Assembly: GCA_050740315.1 (NCBI GenBank)
Contig: JBOIDC010000006.1
Location: 2,596-66,595 of the forward strand
DNA: 64,000 bases
From: Gammaproteobacteria bacterium
GTDB lineage: Bacteria > Pseudomonadota > Gammaproteobacteria > JACCYU01
Direction: 5' to 3'
This document shows, one piece after another, positions 8,248 through 18,334 of this stretch; the stretch's first letter is position 1; each line of letters opens with the position of its first letter. The notes below the pieces were generated by a model. It did not search any database, was not told where the DNA came from, and saw nothing but the letters and a program-made list of their open reading frames with translations. The translations under genes were made by a program, and so were the position numbers.

Positions 8248-10433
8248 TGGGCGCAGACCACAACCATCGAGGGACGCGAATGGGCGCCTTGGGCGGTCTG
8301 CTTGACCGGCTTCAGCAAAGGCTTGCGCCCGAAGTGACGGCAGCAATGGACAGCGCCGCGCAGGCAGACCTTCATTCACTGCTCGATAACCTCCAGCAGG
8401 TGGTCTTCCAGACCGATCAGGCCGGCACCTGGACTTTTCTCAACCCGGGCTGGCAGTCGCTCACCGGGTTCAGTGTTGGCGAGACGCTTGGCAAGCCGCT
8501 GCTGAACTTCATCCATCCCGACGACCGCGCGCGCTGGCAGGACTATGTCGCCTCACTCGCGGGCGACGCGGGCGCGCCGCAAAGCGGTATAACCCTGCGC
8601 TGGCTGAGGGTCGACGGCGGCTCCCGCTGGGTTGAGGCATTTGCCAATCCGGTGGTCAGCGAAAACGCGCAAGGTGCGCTCGCGGGTATGGTCGGCATGC
8701 TCAACGACATTACCCAGCGGGTCAGGCACGAGCGACAGCAGCATGCCAGCAACCGCATGCTGGGGAGCCTCATCGGCCATCTTCCGGGCATGATCTATCG
8801 TTGCCGCAACAACGAAAACTGGACCATGGATTTCGTCAGCGCAGGCAGTCTGGAGCTGACCGGCTACCCGCCCGAAGGCCTGATCAACAACCGGACCTTG
8901 TCTTACGCCCAGCTCATCCATGTCGATGACCGGCAGCGCATATGGAACGAAGTCCAGAGCGCACTGAGCAACGATGGCAACTTCGATCTGGAATACCGGA
9001 TCACGACCGCGACAGGCGACGAGAAATGGGTATGGGAACGCGGCAAGGGGATTTATTCCACCACCGGCGAGCTGCTGGCGCTCGAAGGTTACATCATCGA
9101 CATTACCCAGACCCGGCTCACCGAACACCGATTGCAGCATGAGTGCCTGTACGAATCCGCCACCGGCCTGCCCGGCCGCGCGCTGTTCATGGATCGTCTG
9201 CAGACCGCCACGCGGAAATCGGCTTCCGGCGATTACCCGTTTATCCTGATCGTGCTGGAAATGGACCGGTTTCGAAATCTGCAGGAGAAATACGGGAGCG
9301 CCCACATGGAGTGCGTCGCGATAGAGATCAGCCGGCGCCTCGGCGAGGTGCTGAACCCGCTGGCGACCGTGTGCCGCCTGCGCGATTATCGCTTCGGCAT
9401 CCTGCTGGAAGGGCTTGCGCAGATCAAGGACATCAGCAAGGCAGTCGCCCAGATTCAGGAGCGCATCCTGCTACCGTTCGTGATCGACGGCTCGGCGATT
9501 TACGCCACCGCCAGCATCGGCGTGGCGATGAGTTCGACCGGCTACACCCAGGGCGAGAACATGCTCGCCGACGCCTTGACCGCGCTCAGCCGCGCAAAGG
9601 CGCTGGGCGGGGGCCGCCGCGAGGTGTTCGACCTGCGCCTGCACGCGCGGGCGACGGCGCAAATTCAGCTTGAAAACGAACTGCAGGACGCCATGCGTAT
9701 CGGCGAACTGTCGGTGTACTGGCAGCCGATCGCCTCGCTGCGCGACAAAAGGATGGCGGGGCTGGAAGGGCGGCTGGTGTGGCGGCATCCGCGGCGCGGA
9801 CTGCTGTTCGCCGAGCATTTTCTGCGCCGCGCGGAGGACACGCAGGTCATCGTGCCGTTGTGGGAGTGGATGCTGAAGGAAGCCTGCCGGCAGATGCAGT
9901 CGTGGGTGGAACTGGAACAGGCGGCCGGCATTGCCTTTAACGTACAGATCTCGGGCAAGAGCCTGCTCGACGTGGACGCCGTGCTGCGCCTGGGCGACTA
10001 TCTGACCGCGGCGCAACTGCGGCCCAACATCTTCGCGCTGGGTCTGCCGGAAGACGTGCTCAATCAGACACCCAGCGTCATACAGGAGCTGCTCCGGCGC
10101 ATGCAGGCATGCGATATCGGTCTGGTGCTGAACGACTTCGGCGCGGGTCTGTCGTCGCTGTCCATGCTCAAGAAAATGCCGATCGAGATGGTCAAGCTCG
10201 ATCGCTCGCTGGTCGCCAACTATGCGCAGGAAGGTCACTTTATCCGCGCGATCACGGCATTGACGCACGAGCTCTGCATCAGCGTGATCGCCGACGGCGT
10301 GGATAATGCGCAACAGAGGGACAGCCTCGCGGCACTGGGTATCGACTACGCACAGGGCGAGTTCATCTCGCCGCCGGTGGATGGCGCGACCCTGACGTCG
10401 ATGCTGGAGGACTCGAACATCAGGCTGCTGTGA
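8248..10433 (+). CDS. PAS-PAS-GGDEF(degenerate)-EAL c-di-GMP signalling protein
   Basis: Two PAS repeats. The GGDEF position reads RDYRF, not the GGDEF/GGEEF signature. EAL domain retains the catalytic E (EGRLVWRHP) and DFGAGLSSLSMLKKMPIEMVKLDRSLV. Start uncertain; listed ORF begins at 8103. Confidence 0.7.
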
Positions 10434-10616
10434 TTTCACCAGAATCCCGCCCGGGCGATCCTTCTCTTCGAGCGCCCGGCAAATCGCGCATTCATCGCCA
10501 TACCCATAAGGTATTAACTCGTATGAGGAATTGATCGGCGACTTGCGTGTGCTGAACATGACACTCGCCAGACTCATCGCCAAACTTCAACACCGATCAT
10601 CCCGAGGGCAGGAGAC

Positions 10617-11414
10617 GTGGAGATGCGTAAAAAATCAAGATCGATCACTACCGCGCGGAGCTTGTCGACTTGCCTGATTTTCTTCGCTTGCGGGCAGGCG
10701 CTGGCGCAGGATTACGGCGACCCGCTGGCGGCCGAGAACTTCAGCAGCACCCTTTACTTCACGACCGACTATGTGTTTCGTGGCGTATCGTTCACCTCCG
10801 AGGATCCCGCCATCCAGGGCAGCTTCGACTACACGCATCCCAGCGGCGCTTACGCCGGTCTGTGGGGATCCAACTGGGACGGCTTCGGCACGGAGAGTGA
10901 GCTCGAGATCGATTATTACCTGGGTTACGCCAACACGATCGGCGACGTGGGTTACGACCTGACCGCGTTGTATTACACCTTCCCCGGCGCCGAAGACGAT
11001 GGCTTCGAGCTGGATTATTTCGAGGCACACGCGGGCCTGAGCTACGCCATCGAGCCCCTGCCTTTTACTCCGACCGTGGGCGTGGGCTATAACTATTCGC
11101 CCGACTACAACGGCGAGGATGGCGACAGCCACTACGTCAATGGAGCAGTCGACTTGGCGTTGCCGGTAGGGTTCGGTCTGGGATTCGGAGTCGGGAATCT
11201 GAACGTAGCCGGCGGCGCACTTTCCGCCTTTCAGGGCGGTTTTTCTTATACCCACTATTACGCCAGCCTCTCCAAGAGCATCCATGGTTTCGACTTCAAT
11301 CTGACCTATCACGACACAACCAGTCAATGCGAAGACGAGTATGGCGGCCCTATCTTGTTGGACAGGAGTGTCTGCACGCCCGGGGCGGTCTTCACGCTGT
11401 CTCGCACATTCTGA
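10617..11414 (+). CDS. TIGR02001/Gcw_chp-like outer-membrane beta-barrel protein
   Basis: Signal peptide (LIFFACGQALAQD). Tyr/Gly-rich alternating beta-strand pattern with C-terminal ...AVFTLSRTF. A paralog at 25507-26289 shares the same N- and C-termini. Confidence 0.65.
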   Translation: MEMRKKSRSITTARSLSTCLIFFACGQALAQDYGDPLAAENFSSTLYFTTDYVFRGVSFTSEDPAIQGSFDYTHPSGAYAGLWGSNWDGFGTESELEIDYYLGYANTIGDVGYDLTALYYTFPGAEDDGFELDYFEAHAGLSYAIEPLPFTPTVGVGYNYSPDYNGEDGDSHYVNGAVDLALPVGFGLGFGVGNLNVAGGALSAFQGGFSYTHYYASLSKSIHGFDFNLTYHDTTSQCEDEYGGPILLDRSVCTPGAVFTLSRTF

Positions 11415-11544
11415 GGAAAGGGCGCCGCGTAGAGGCTCCACCAGCCCGGGCAGGGTTATGGATCGGTTCGCGAGCTTGCATCGAATGGACTTCACCGATG
11501 GTGCGGTTCACGCGCTGCCTCATGTCCGCCGTAGCTAATTAATC

Positions 11545-12073
11545 CGCTACGGCATAGGTCCATCTGAAATAGTCACCCTCTCTTTCGCCATATCCCAGGC
11601 GACATCGAAAACGCCCGCTCGAACGCCCGCGCGAACGCGGCCTCCGATTCGTAACCCACATCCGCCGCGGTCTGCGCGACCGACCGATGAGCCTCGCGCA
11701 GGCGTTGTGCGGCCACCTGCATGCGCCAAGTCGTCAGGTATTTCATCGGCGGTACGCCGACCAGCGCGGTGAAACGGTCCGCGAAGGCCGAGCGCGACAG
11801 AAAGACCTCGCGCGCCAGGGTCTCTGTTGTCCACGCACGAGCGAGCTCGGCGTGCAGCAAAGCCAGGGCACGGCCGACCACAGGGTCGCGCAAGCCGGCG
11901 AGCCAGCCTACGGTCTGCGGGCAGCGTCTCGACATAGTGCCGCACGGCTTCGACGAACAACAGTTCCGAGAGCTTGGCCAACGCGATGGCGGAGCCAGCG
12001 CGAGTGGCGGCAAGTTCCCCCGCGGCGTAACGGAACGAGCTGGCAACCCACTCGCGTGCGGGCTTGCCATTTA
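11545..12073 (-). pseudogene. truncated, frameshifted copy of the 3' half of the AraC gene at 26628-27581
   Basis: About 94-95% nucleotide identity to 26608-27133. A 2-bp deletion (cagcct--acggtc vs cagcctgtacggtc) shifts the frame. No N-terminal cupin half. Confidence 0.75.
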
Positions 12074-12547
12074 GTAGTACGTCAGTTTACGGGCGAATCA
12101 GAGATATACAGTACGCTGTCCCATACGGCGTGGAATTTATCCATCGGGAGCATGAGCTTCCCACCATAGAAAAACTTACTTTGGCAAAGTTGCGCGCCTT
12201 CAAGATGCGCGGCGAATGGATTCGATGCTGTCCTGAAACAGAAGAATATATGTCCTACGCCCGCGCGCACGGATACCGTCCTGCTTTGCTTGACTTCTGG
12301 AGGCCGGGGCTTCCTGCCGCCGGTCCTACTTGCTGATAATAGTTCAGCCTTTTAGACAACTTGGAACTCCTGAACGAGGACCACTGAAGGCATGGCTGAC
12401 AATAAGCAAGAGCGCCATCGATGGTGTCCGCCCCGAGCTTCAAGATGATTCCCGAACTGCCGAGGCACGTTAGGCGGGTTTGTTGTGACCGTGGAAGAGA
12501 TTGAAAGCGCGCGCGGGCCGTATCCATCGCAAGCGCACACCGGGCGG

Positions 12548-12835
12548 CTATCGATGCACACCATCAATGTGTACGGTACAGGCACCGCACTGGGCGATGC
12601 CGCAGCCGAACTTGGTGCCCATCAGGTCAAGGTCCTCACGCAATACCTGTTGATGGTCTTCAGCTACACCCTCCCCGTTGTCATACATCACGCTGAGTAC
12701 GTACTGCGCGTTCCTATTTCCCTGTTCCGCGGCCTCGTGGTACCAGTAGACTGCCCGTTGATTGTCTTCGGGCACGCCCTTACCTCGCTTTGCGAAAATA
12801 GCCGCAGATACGACCGCTAGGGGCCTTGTCACCAA
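12548..12835 (-). pseudogene. gene debris: Sel1-repeat fragment fused to a [2Fe-2S] IorA/XdhA-like N-terminal fragment
   Basis: [38 protein letters not shown] (Sel1) followed by [22 protein letters not shown] (2Fe-2S ferredoxin motif of molybdo-hydroxylase small subunits). Lower GC, no context. Confidence 0.45.
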
Positions 12836-13383
12836 GGGCGCTTACGGCCCTCAGTATCATGAGTTTCGGGTCCTCATTTCTCATGTCTAGTCTCGGCGGG
12901 CGGATCGCAAGCCCCGCCGGTGTCAGTCGCAGAACCCAGGCGGTCTGTAGCACACCACCCTCGTAAATGGGGGTAGGCGAGCTATACTTTCCTATAGGGC
13001 TCTATGTAGCGATGCAAGGGACCCCGGATGACCGCTATTCCGACGGGTGGTCCGTGAGATGCCTAGTGGCACAGACCGCTATGCGCATGTTGTCGACCGG
13101 AGCGCTCCGCCAGGAAGCGCCGGAACGGGCGCGACTTCGATCCCGAAGCCGCATGGAGGACAGGCGCCGGGATCACATCAACGACACGGAAAACTGCTTA
13201 TGAAGCCGGGGCGCCACGGCAGCGGAAGCAACACAATCAACCGTTCTATCGGCCGCGGAGCGCCTCGCCCTGAAGCAGTTGGAGGCGATCATGGCACCAC
13301 GAAACCAACTATATGGTAACGGGAGCAATACTGAAGCGCATTTCGAGCGCTCATCCCCAACCATCCCTAAGAGGGGTTCTTCA

Positions 13384-15522
13384 GTGACAGCCGGCACGGC
13401 ACGGCCGGCACTGGCAATTGCATGCGCACTGGCGCTCGGCATCGGAACGTTGTCGAGCAGTAAGGCCGATGCCGTAAGCTACGACGATCTGCTCAACGCC
13501 GAAGGCAACACCTCCGAGTGGCTGCAGTACAGCCGCACCTATCACGGTCATCGCTACGTCCGATTGAATCAGATCACGCCAGAGAACGTGCACGAGCTGC
13601 GTCCGGTGTGGATCTTTCCGACCGGCGGGGAGAACCGCGGTCTGGAAGCCACGCCCCTGGTCCACGATGGCGTGATCTACATGTCGGCCGACGAGTCGCG
13701 CGTATTCGCCATCGACGCGCGCACCGGCATGATGAAGTGGCGGTACGATCCGAAGGTTGCCAGGGGGGCCGAGCGGGTCTATTGCTGCGGATCCCAAAAC
13801 CGGGGTGTGGCACTGCTCGGTGACCTGGTCTATGTCGGCACCATGGACGCACGTCTCATCGCTCTCAACAAGGACTCCGGCGAGCCCGTCTGGGATTCCA
13901 CCGTCATCGACTGGCAGCAAGGCTACAGCATCACGGGCGCTCCCTTGGTGGTGAAGGACATGGTGCTCATCGGCGTTGCCGGCGGCGAGTTCGGCATCCG
14001 GGGCTTTGTGAAGGCCTTCGATGCCAGGACCGGCAAAGCGCGCTGGACTGCCTACACCATACCGGGGCCAGGCGAACCGGGTAACGAGACATGGCCGGGC
14101 GATACCTGGAAGCACGGCGGTGCACCCACGTGGACCACCGGGGCCTATGACCCGGCGCTGAACCTCGTGTACTGGAACACGGGCAACGCCGCCCCGTGGA
14201 ACTGCCGGGTACGTAAGGGCGACAACAAATGGGCAGCCTCGACCATCGCCATCGGCGCCGGCAGCGGCAAGATCAAATGGGGCTTCCAGTACACGCCCTG
14301 GGACTGCTGGGACTACGACGCCGTCAGCACGCCGGTACTCGCCGACCTGAAGATCGACGGCAAGGCGCGCAAGGTGCTGCTGCACCACGACAAGAACGGC
14401 TTCTTCTATGTTATCGATCGCACCAACGGCCAGTTCATCTACGGCGAGCCCATAGTGCCGGGGATCAATTGGGCGAAGGGCCTGGATCCCAAGACCGGCC
14501 GGCCGATCGTGAACGAGGAGTTCATCGCGCAGTCAGGCGGACGGGAGGTCGCACCTATCATCCCGAGCCTCGAGGGCGCCATCGACTGGCAGCCGCTGGC
14601 CTACAACCCGGAGACCGGGGTTGTCTACTTCATGTCCAACACTTGGGCCATGGGCTACAAGTTCTGGGAGGAGGACACCTTCAAGCCACCCACCCAGGGT
14701 GAGTGGTATCTCGGTGCCGACTACCAGCAGTACATCCGACCCGATGTGCCGGTCGGTGCGTTCGTCGCCTTCGACGTCGCCAACCGCAAGGAACTGTGGC
14801 GTTTGACGAACGAGCAGCCCTTCTGGGCCGGCACGCTGGCGACCTCGAGCGGGCTGATCTTTACCGGTGACAACCACGGCTACGCGCTGGCGCTGGATGC
14901 GAAGAGCGGCAAGGTGCTGTGGAAGTTCCCGACCGGGTCTCCCATCGCGGGCAGCCCGGTCACCTTCCAGCTGGACGGCACGCAATACGTCCTATTCCCG
15001 TCGGGAATGGCCGGTGACCTGACTTTCTATTACACCAACCCGAAGGTCGGCAATCTGATCGCGTTTGCCCTCGCTGGAGGGGCGCGCAAGCTGCCCGAAG
15101 GGCCCTCCAACCTGGAGGTGATTCCGGGTGCGCTGCCGAAGGTGGGCGAGCCGGGCGCTACCTTGGGCGGCCGGGTGATCGAAGGCTACGGTTACCCGCC
15201 GCAGCCTGAGCGCGAGCCTATAAAAGAGGATGAGGAGCAGGCGGGCGAGGAGGAGGAGGACCCGGAGAGCAAGCTCGAGAATTACTTCGGCGATGAGGAG
15301 GCCATCAGGGCCGGCGAGAGCACCTATCGTCAGCGTTGCTTCGGCTGCCACTTCCGCGCCGGCGGACGGGGGCCCAACATCTTCGCGACCAGGCTGACCG
15401 CGGAGGAGTTCTTCAGTGTGGTCATGGAGGGAGGCGCCGGCATGCCGCCGTGGAAGGGGACGCTATCGGAGCACGAAGTCTGGGAGCTGTACGCCTTGGC
15501 GAAGTCTCGGGATCGGTTGTAG
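13384..15522 (+). CDS. PQQ-dependent quinohemoprotein alcohol/sugar dehydrogenase (8-blade propeller + C-terminal cytochrome c)
   Basis: Vicinal Cys-Cys (YCCGSQNRG). W-rich propeller repeats. WDCWDYDAVS carries a D-Y-D after the catalytic Asp. CFGCH heme motif at 15337-15351. Glu-rich linker EPIKEDEEQAGEEEEDPESK. Start set at GTG 13384 (RBS AGAGGGG, Sec-like signal ...LSSSKA|DA); alternative ATG 13291 with GGAGG. Confidence 0.8.
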   Translation: MTAGTARPALAIACALALGIGTLSSSKADAVSYDDLLNAEGNTSEWLQYSRTYHGHRYVRLNQITPENVHELRPVWIFPTGGENRGLEATPLVHDGVIYMSADESRVFAIDARTGMMKWRYDPKVARGAERVYCCGSQNRGVALLGDLVYVGTMDARLIALNKDSGEPVWDSTVIDWQQGYSITGAPLVVKDMVLIGVAGGEFGIRGFVKAFDARTGKARWTAYTIPGPGEPGNETWPGDTWKHGGAPTWTTGAYDPALNLVYWNTGNAAPWNCRVRKGDNKWAASTIAIGAGSGKIKWGFQYTPWDCWDYDAVSTPVLADLKIDGKARKVLLHHDKNGFFYVIDRTNGQFIYGEPIVPGINWAKGLDPKTGRPIVNEEFIAQSGGREVAPIIPSLEGAIDWQPLAYNPETGVVYFMSNTWAMGYKFWEEDTFKPPTQGEWYLGADYQQYIRPDVPVGAFVAFDVANRKELWRLTNEQPFWAGTLATSSGLIFTGDNHGYALALDAKSGKVLWKFPTGSPIAGSPVTFQLDGTQYVLFPSGMAGDLTFYYTNPKVGNLIAFALAGGARKLPEGPSNLEVIPGALPKVGEPGATLGGRVIEGYGYPPQPEREPIKEDEEQAGEEEEDPESKLENYFGDEEAIRAGESTYRQRCFGCHFRAGGRGPNIFATRLTAEEFFSVVMEGGAGMPPWKGTLSEHEVWELYALAKSRDRL

Positions 15523-15694
15523 GTAGTACCTGAGGCCGGCATCGGCCAAACGCCGCAGACCGTCGAGATACTCTGGGCCGCGGTATGCAGAGTATTCAGC
15601 GACCCGGCGGTAGAGCGGCGACCCTTGGGATCCGACCTCCCCGGAGTATGTACGGCTCATGAAACGTATCAGTCCGCTTGTCCAGGAGACGCCT

Positions 15695-16591
15695 ATGTCT
15701 ACGAAAGCCCGGTTACTGTCGGTGTCGGCTGTGTTGTTTGCCAGTCTTGCCCTCGCCGGCATCTCGGCGGTGGCGACCGCCGCTGATATCAGAATCGTCT
15801 CCGATTTTGGGACCGTCCCGGAGTCATGCGTGATCGCCCCGGATGGAAAGGTGTATGTGTCCGTGACCAACGAGTACGACAAGTACGGCGACGGGTACGT
15901 GGGCGTGGTTGAAGGGAACACGCTCAAGCCGGTCGCCAAGGGACTGAACGATCCGCACGGGCTCGACCTCTGGAAGGGCGCACTCTACAGCGCGGACAAT
16001 CGTGGTCAGGTCTGGAAGGTCGATCTGAACGGTACCGTCACCAAGGTCGCCGACTCCGGAATGTTCCCGCGAAAGGTCACGAACTTCAACGACATCGAGA
16101 TCGACGAGCGCAACGGCGACATTTACGTCTCTGACAGCGGCGACTGGGAGGGTCGCGGAGGCGTGATCTTCAAGATTACGCAGGATGGCGACGTGAGCGT
16201 GGTGTTCAGCGACGAGAAGGTCGGCGGTTGGCAGCTCATCAGCCCGAACGGCCTGCTCTTCGAGGACCGCGACAACCTGCTGGTCCTCGACTGGACCACC
16301 GGCAACTTGCACCGCCTCAATTTGAAGACCAAGTCCTTCGTCAAGCTCAACGGCGGTTGGGGGCCGGGCGACGGCCTGGCAAGGGGCCCTGATGGCGAGC
16401 TCTATGTGTCGGCCTACTACGAGGGCGTGTATGTGCTCGACAAGCCGGACAGCGAGGATCGAAGCAAGGTCTACACCCTCAAGGCTCTGGGTGTCGCCTC
16501 GACAGCCGACATCAATGTGAGCACGGATGGCAAGCTGCTCTGCGTTCCGGACTTCGACGGCCATAAAGTCGCGCTGGTGCCGCTGAAGTAG
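15695..16591 (+). CDS. secreted SMP-30/gluconolactonase/LRE-like (NHL-type) beta-propeller protein
   Basis: Signal peptide [32 protein letters not shown] with AGGAGA RBS. Repeated DG.lYVsd/PNGL blades typical of SGL lactonases. Confidence 0.6.
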   Translation: MSTKARLLSVSAVLFASLALAGISAVATAADIRIVSDFGTVPESCVIAPDGKVYVSVTNEYDKYGDGYVGVVEGNTLKPVAKGLNDPHGLDLWKGALYSADNRGQVWKVDLNGTVTKVADSGMFPRKVTNFNDIEIDERNGDIYVSDSGDWEGRGGVIFKITQDGDVSVVFSDEKVGGWQLISPNGLLFEDRDNLLVLDWTTGNLHRLNLKTKSFVKLNGGWGPGDGLARGPDGELYVSAYYEGVYVLDKPDSEDRSKVYTLKALGVASTADINVSTDGKLLCVPDFDGHKVALVPLK

Positions 16592-16691
16592 AGGCGAGGG
16601 ACGGCTCTCCGACGGTCGTCGGACCCGGTCCGCTTGCTGGCGCAGTCGCGGCGCGCGGATGCAGGAGGTGCCCAGTCGCACGGAGCGAAGC

Positions 16692-17942
16692 ATGCAGTCC
16701 TATTCGATCTGGAGCCTGCTGCGTAACGCCCTGCGTCACCATGAGCATTGGCCGCGCGCCTGGCGCAGCCCCGATCCCCGGCGCGCCTATGATGTCGTGA
16801 TTGTGGGCGGCGGCGGCCATGGACTGGCGACGGCCTTCTATCTCGCCACGGAGCACGGCATCCGCAACGTCGCCGTGCTAGAGAAGGGTTGGATCGGGCT
16901 GGGGAATACCGGCCGCAACACCACCATCGTCCGCTCCAACTATTTGAGCGATGAAGCGGCCCACCTTTATGAACATAGCTTGAAGCTGTGGGAGGATTTG
17001 AGCCGGGCGCTCAATTTCAACGTCATGTTCAGCCAGCGGGGCGTTTACAACCTGGCGCACACGCTGCAGGAGCTGCGGGACATCAACCGACGGGTAAACG
17101 CCAACCGCCTGAACGGCATCGACGGCGAGGTCGTGGACGCCGTCGAGCTAAAGCGCCGCATCCCCATCCTCGACACTTCGCCCCACGTGCGCTATCCGGT
17201 GCTCGGCGCCTCCTTCCAGCCGCGTGGCGGGGTGGCCCGCCACGACGCCGTGGCGTGGGGCTTCGCTCGCGCCGCCGACGCCCGGGGCGTGGACATTATT
17301 CAGAACTGCGAGGTTACCGCCATCCGGCGTGACGGTGACCGGGTCATGGGTGTGGATACGACGCGGGGCCATATTCGGGCGGCCAAGGTGGCAGTCGTCG
17401 TCGCCGGGCATGCCAGCGTCCTAGCCTCGATGGTGGGGCTGCGTCTGCCCATCGAGAGTCGCCCGCTCCAGGCCCTGGTGTCCGAGCCCCTGAAACCGGT
17501 GCTGCACAGCGTGGTGATGTCTAACGCGGTCCATGGCTACCTCAGCCAGTCCGATAAGGGCGAGCTGGTCATCGGCGGGGGCACCGACGCCTATACCGGC
17601 TACGGGCAGCGCGGCAGCTTCGACACCATCGAATCCACGATAGCGGCCATCAAGGCGCTGTTCCCCTGCTTCAGCCGCGTGCGCATGCTGCGTCACTGGG
17701 GCGGCATCGTGGATGTGTGCCCGGACGCGTGCCCCATCATTGGCAAGACGCAGGTCAAGGGACTGTACTTCAACTGCGGCTGGGGCACGGGCGGATTCAA
17801 GGCCACCCCGGGCTCCGGCTGGGTCTTCGCACACACCATTGCCCGCGACGAGCCCCATCCGCTGAATGCCGCGTTCTCCCTGGAGCGCTTCACCAGCGGA
17901 CGCTTGATCGACGAGCACGGGGCCGCCGGCGTGGCGCATTGA
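16692..17942 (+). CDS. soxB: sarcosine oxidase beta subunit
   Basis: FAD dinucleotide fold [19 protein letters not shown]. Overall SoxB pattern. First gene of the soxB-D-A-G gene order. Confidence 0.8.
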   Translation: MQSYSIWSLLRNALRHHEHWPRAWRSPDPRRAYDVVIVGGGGHGLATAFYLATEHGIRNVAVLEKGWIGLGNTGRNTTIVRSNYLSDEAAHLYEHSLKLWEDLSRALNFNVMFSQRGVYNLAHTLQELRDINRRVNANRLNGIDGEVVDAVELKRRIPILDTSPHVRYPVLGASFQPRGGVARHDAVAWGFARAADARGVDIIQNCEVTAIRRDGDRVMGVDTTRGHIRAAKVAVVVAGHASVLASMVGLRLPIESRPLQALVSEPLKPVLHSVVMSNAVHGYLSQSDKGELVIGGGTDAYTGYGQRGSFDTIESTIAAIKALFPCFSRVRMLRHWGGIVDVCPDACPIIGKTQVKGLYFNCGWGTGGFKATPGSGWVFAHTIARDEPHPLNAAFSLERFTSGRLIDEHGAAGVAH

Positions 17943-18052
17943 ATGGGAAGCGAATCGACCAACCGGGCAGCCACATCCGCCACCAGATACCGCGGCCGCA
18001 GCGCGCCTTGTGGCGATGGCCGGCTGGCGCAGCCTGGCGCGAAGGATCGGCG

Positions 18053-18334
18053 GTGCTGCTGATCGAATGTCCGTGGTGCGGTCTTCGAGACCAGAGTGAA
18101 TTCAGCTGGGGCGGTGAGGCCGGCAACTACTATCCCCGCGATCCGGAGGCACTGAGCGATTTGGAGTGGGCCGACTACCTCTTCATGCGGCGTAACATAA
18201 AGGGAATCCAACGGGAGCAGTGGGTCCACATTCACGGCTGCCGGCGCTGGTTCATCGTCGAGCGTGACACCGTGAGTTACCGGATCACGGGTTCCTTCGC
18301 CCCCGCCGCGGCGCCACGGGAGGAGGAGTTGTGA
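18053..18334 (+). CDS. soxD: sarcosine oxidase delta subunit
   Basis: LLIECPWCGLRDQSEFSWGGEA is the SoxD Zn-finger N-terminus. GTG start with AAGGA RBS. Stop overlaps the soxA GTG start. Confidence 0.7.
   Translation: MLLIECPWCGLRDQSEFSWGGEAGNYYPRDPEALSDLEWADYLFMRRNIKGIQREQWVHIHGCRRWFIVERDTVSYRITGSFAPAAAPREEEL

Noticed and set aside
9471-10583. 370-aa minus-strand ORF
   Set aside because: Antisense to the PAS-GGDEF-EAL gene, which has clear domain motifs.
12064-12336. 90-aa plus-strand ORF with a GEWI tail as a functional GIY-YIG/T5orf172 gene
   Set aside because: Too short and lacking the N-terminal catalytic motifs; it lies in a debris zone. Kept only as a possible fragment.
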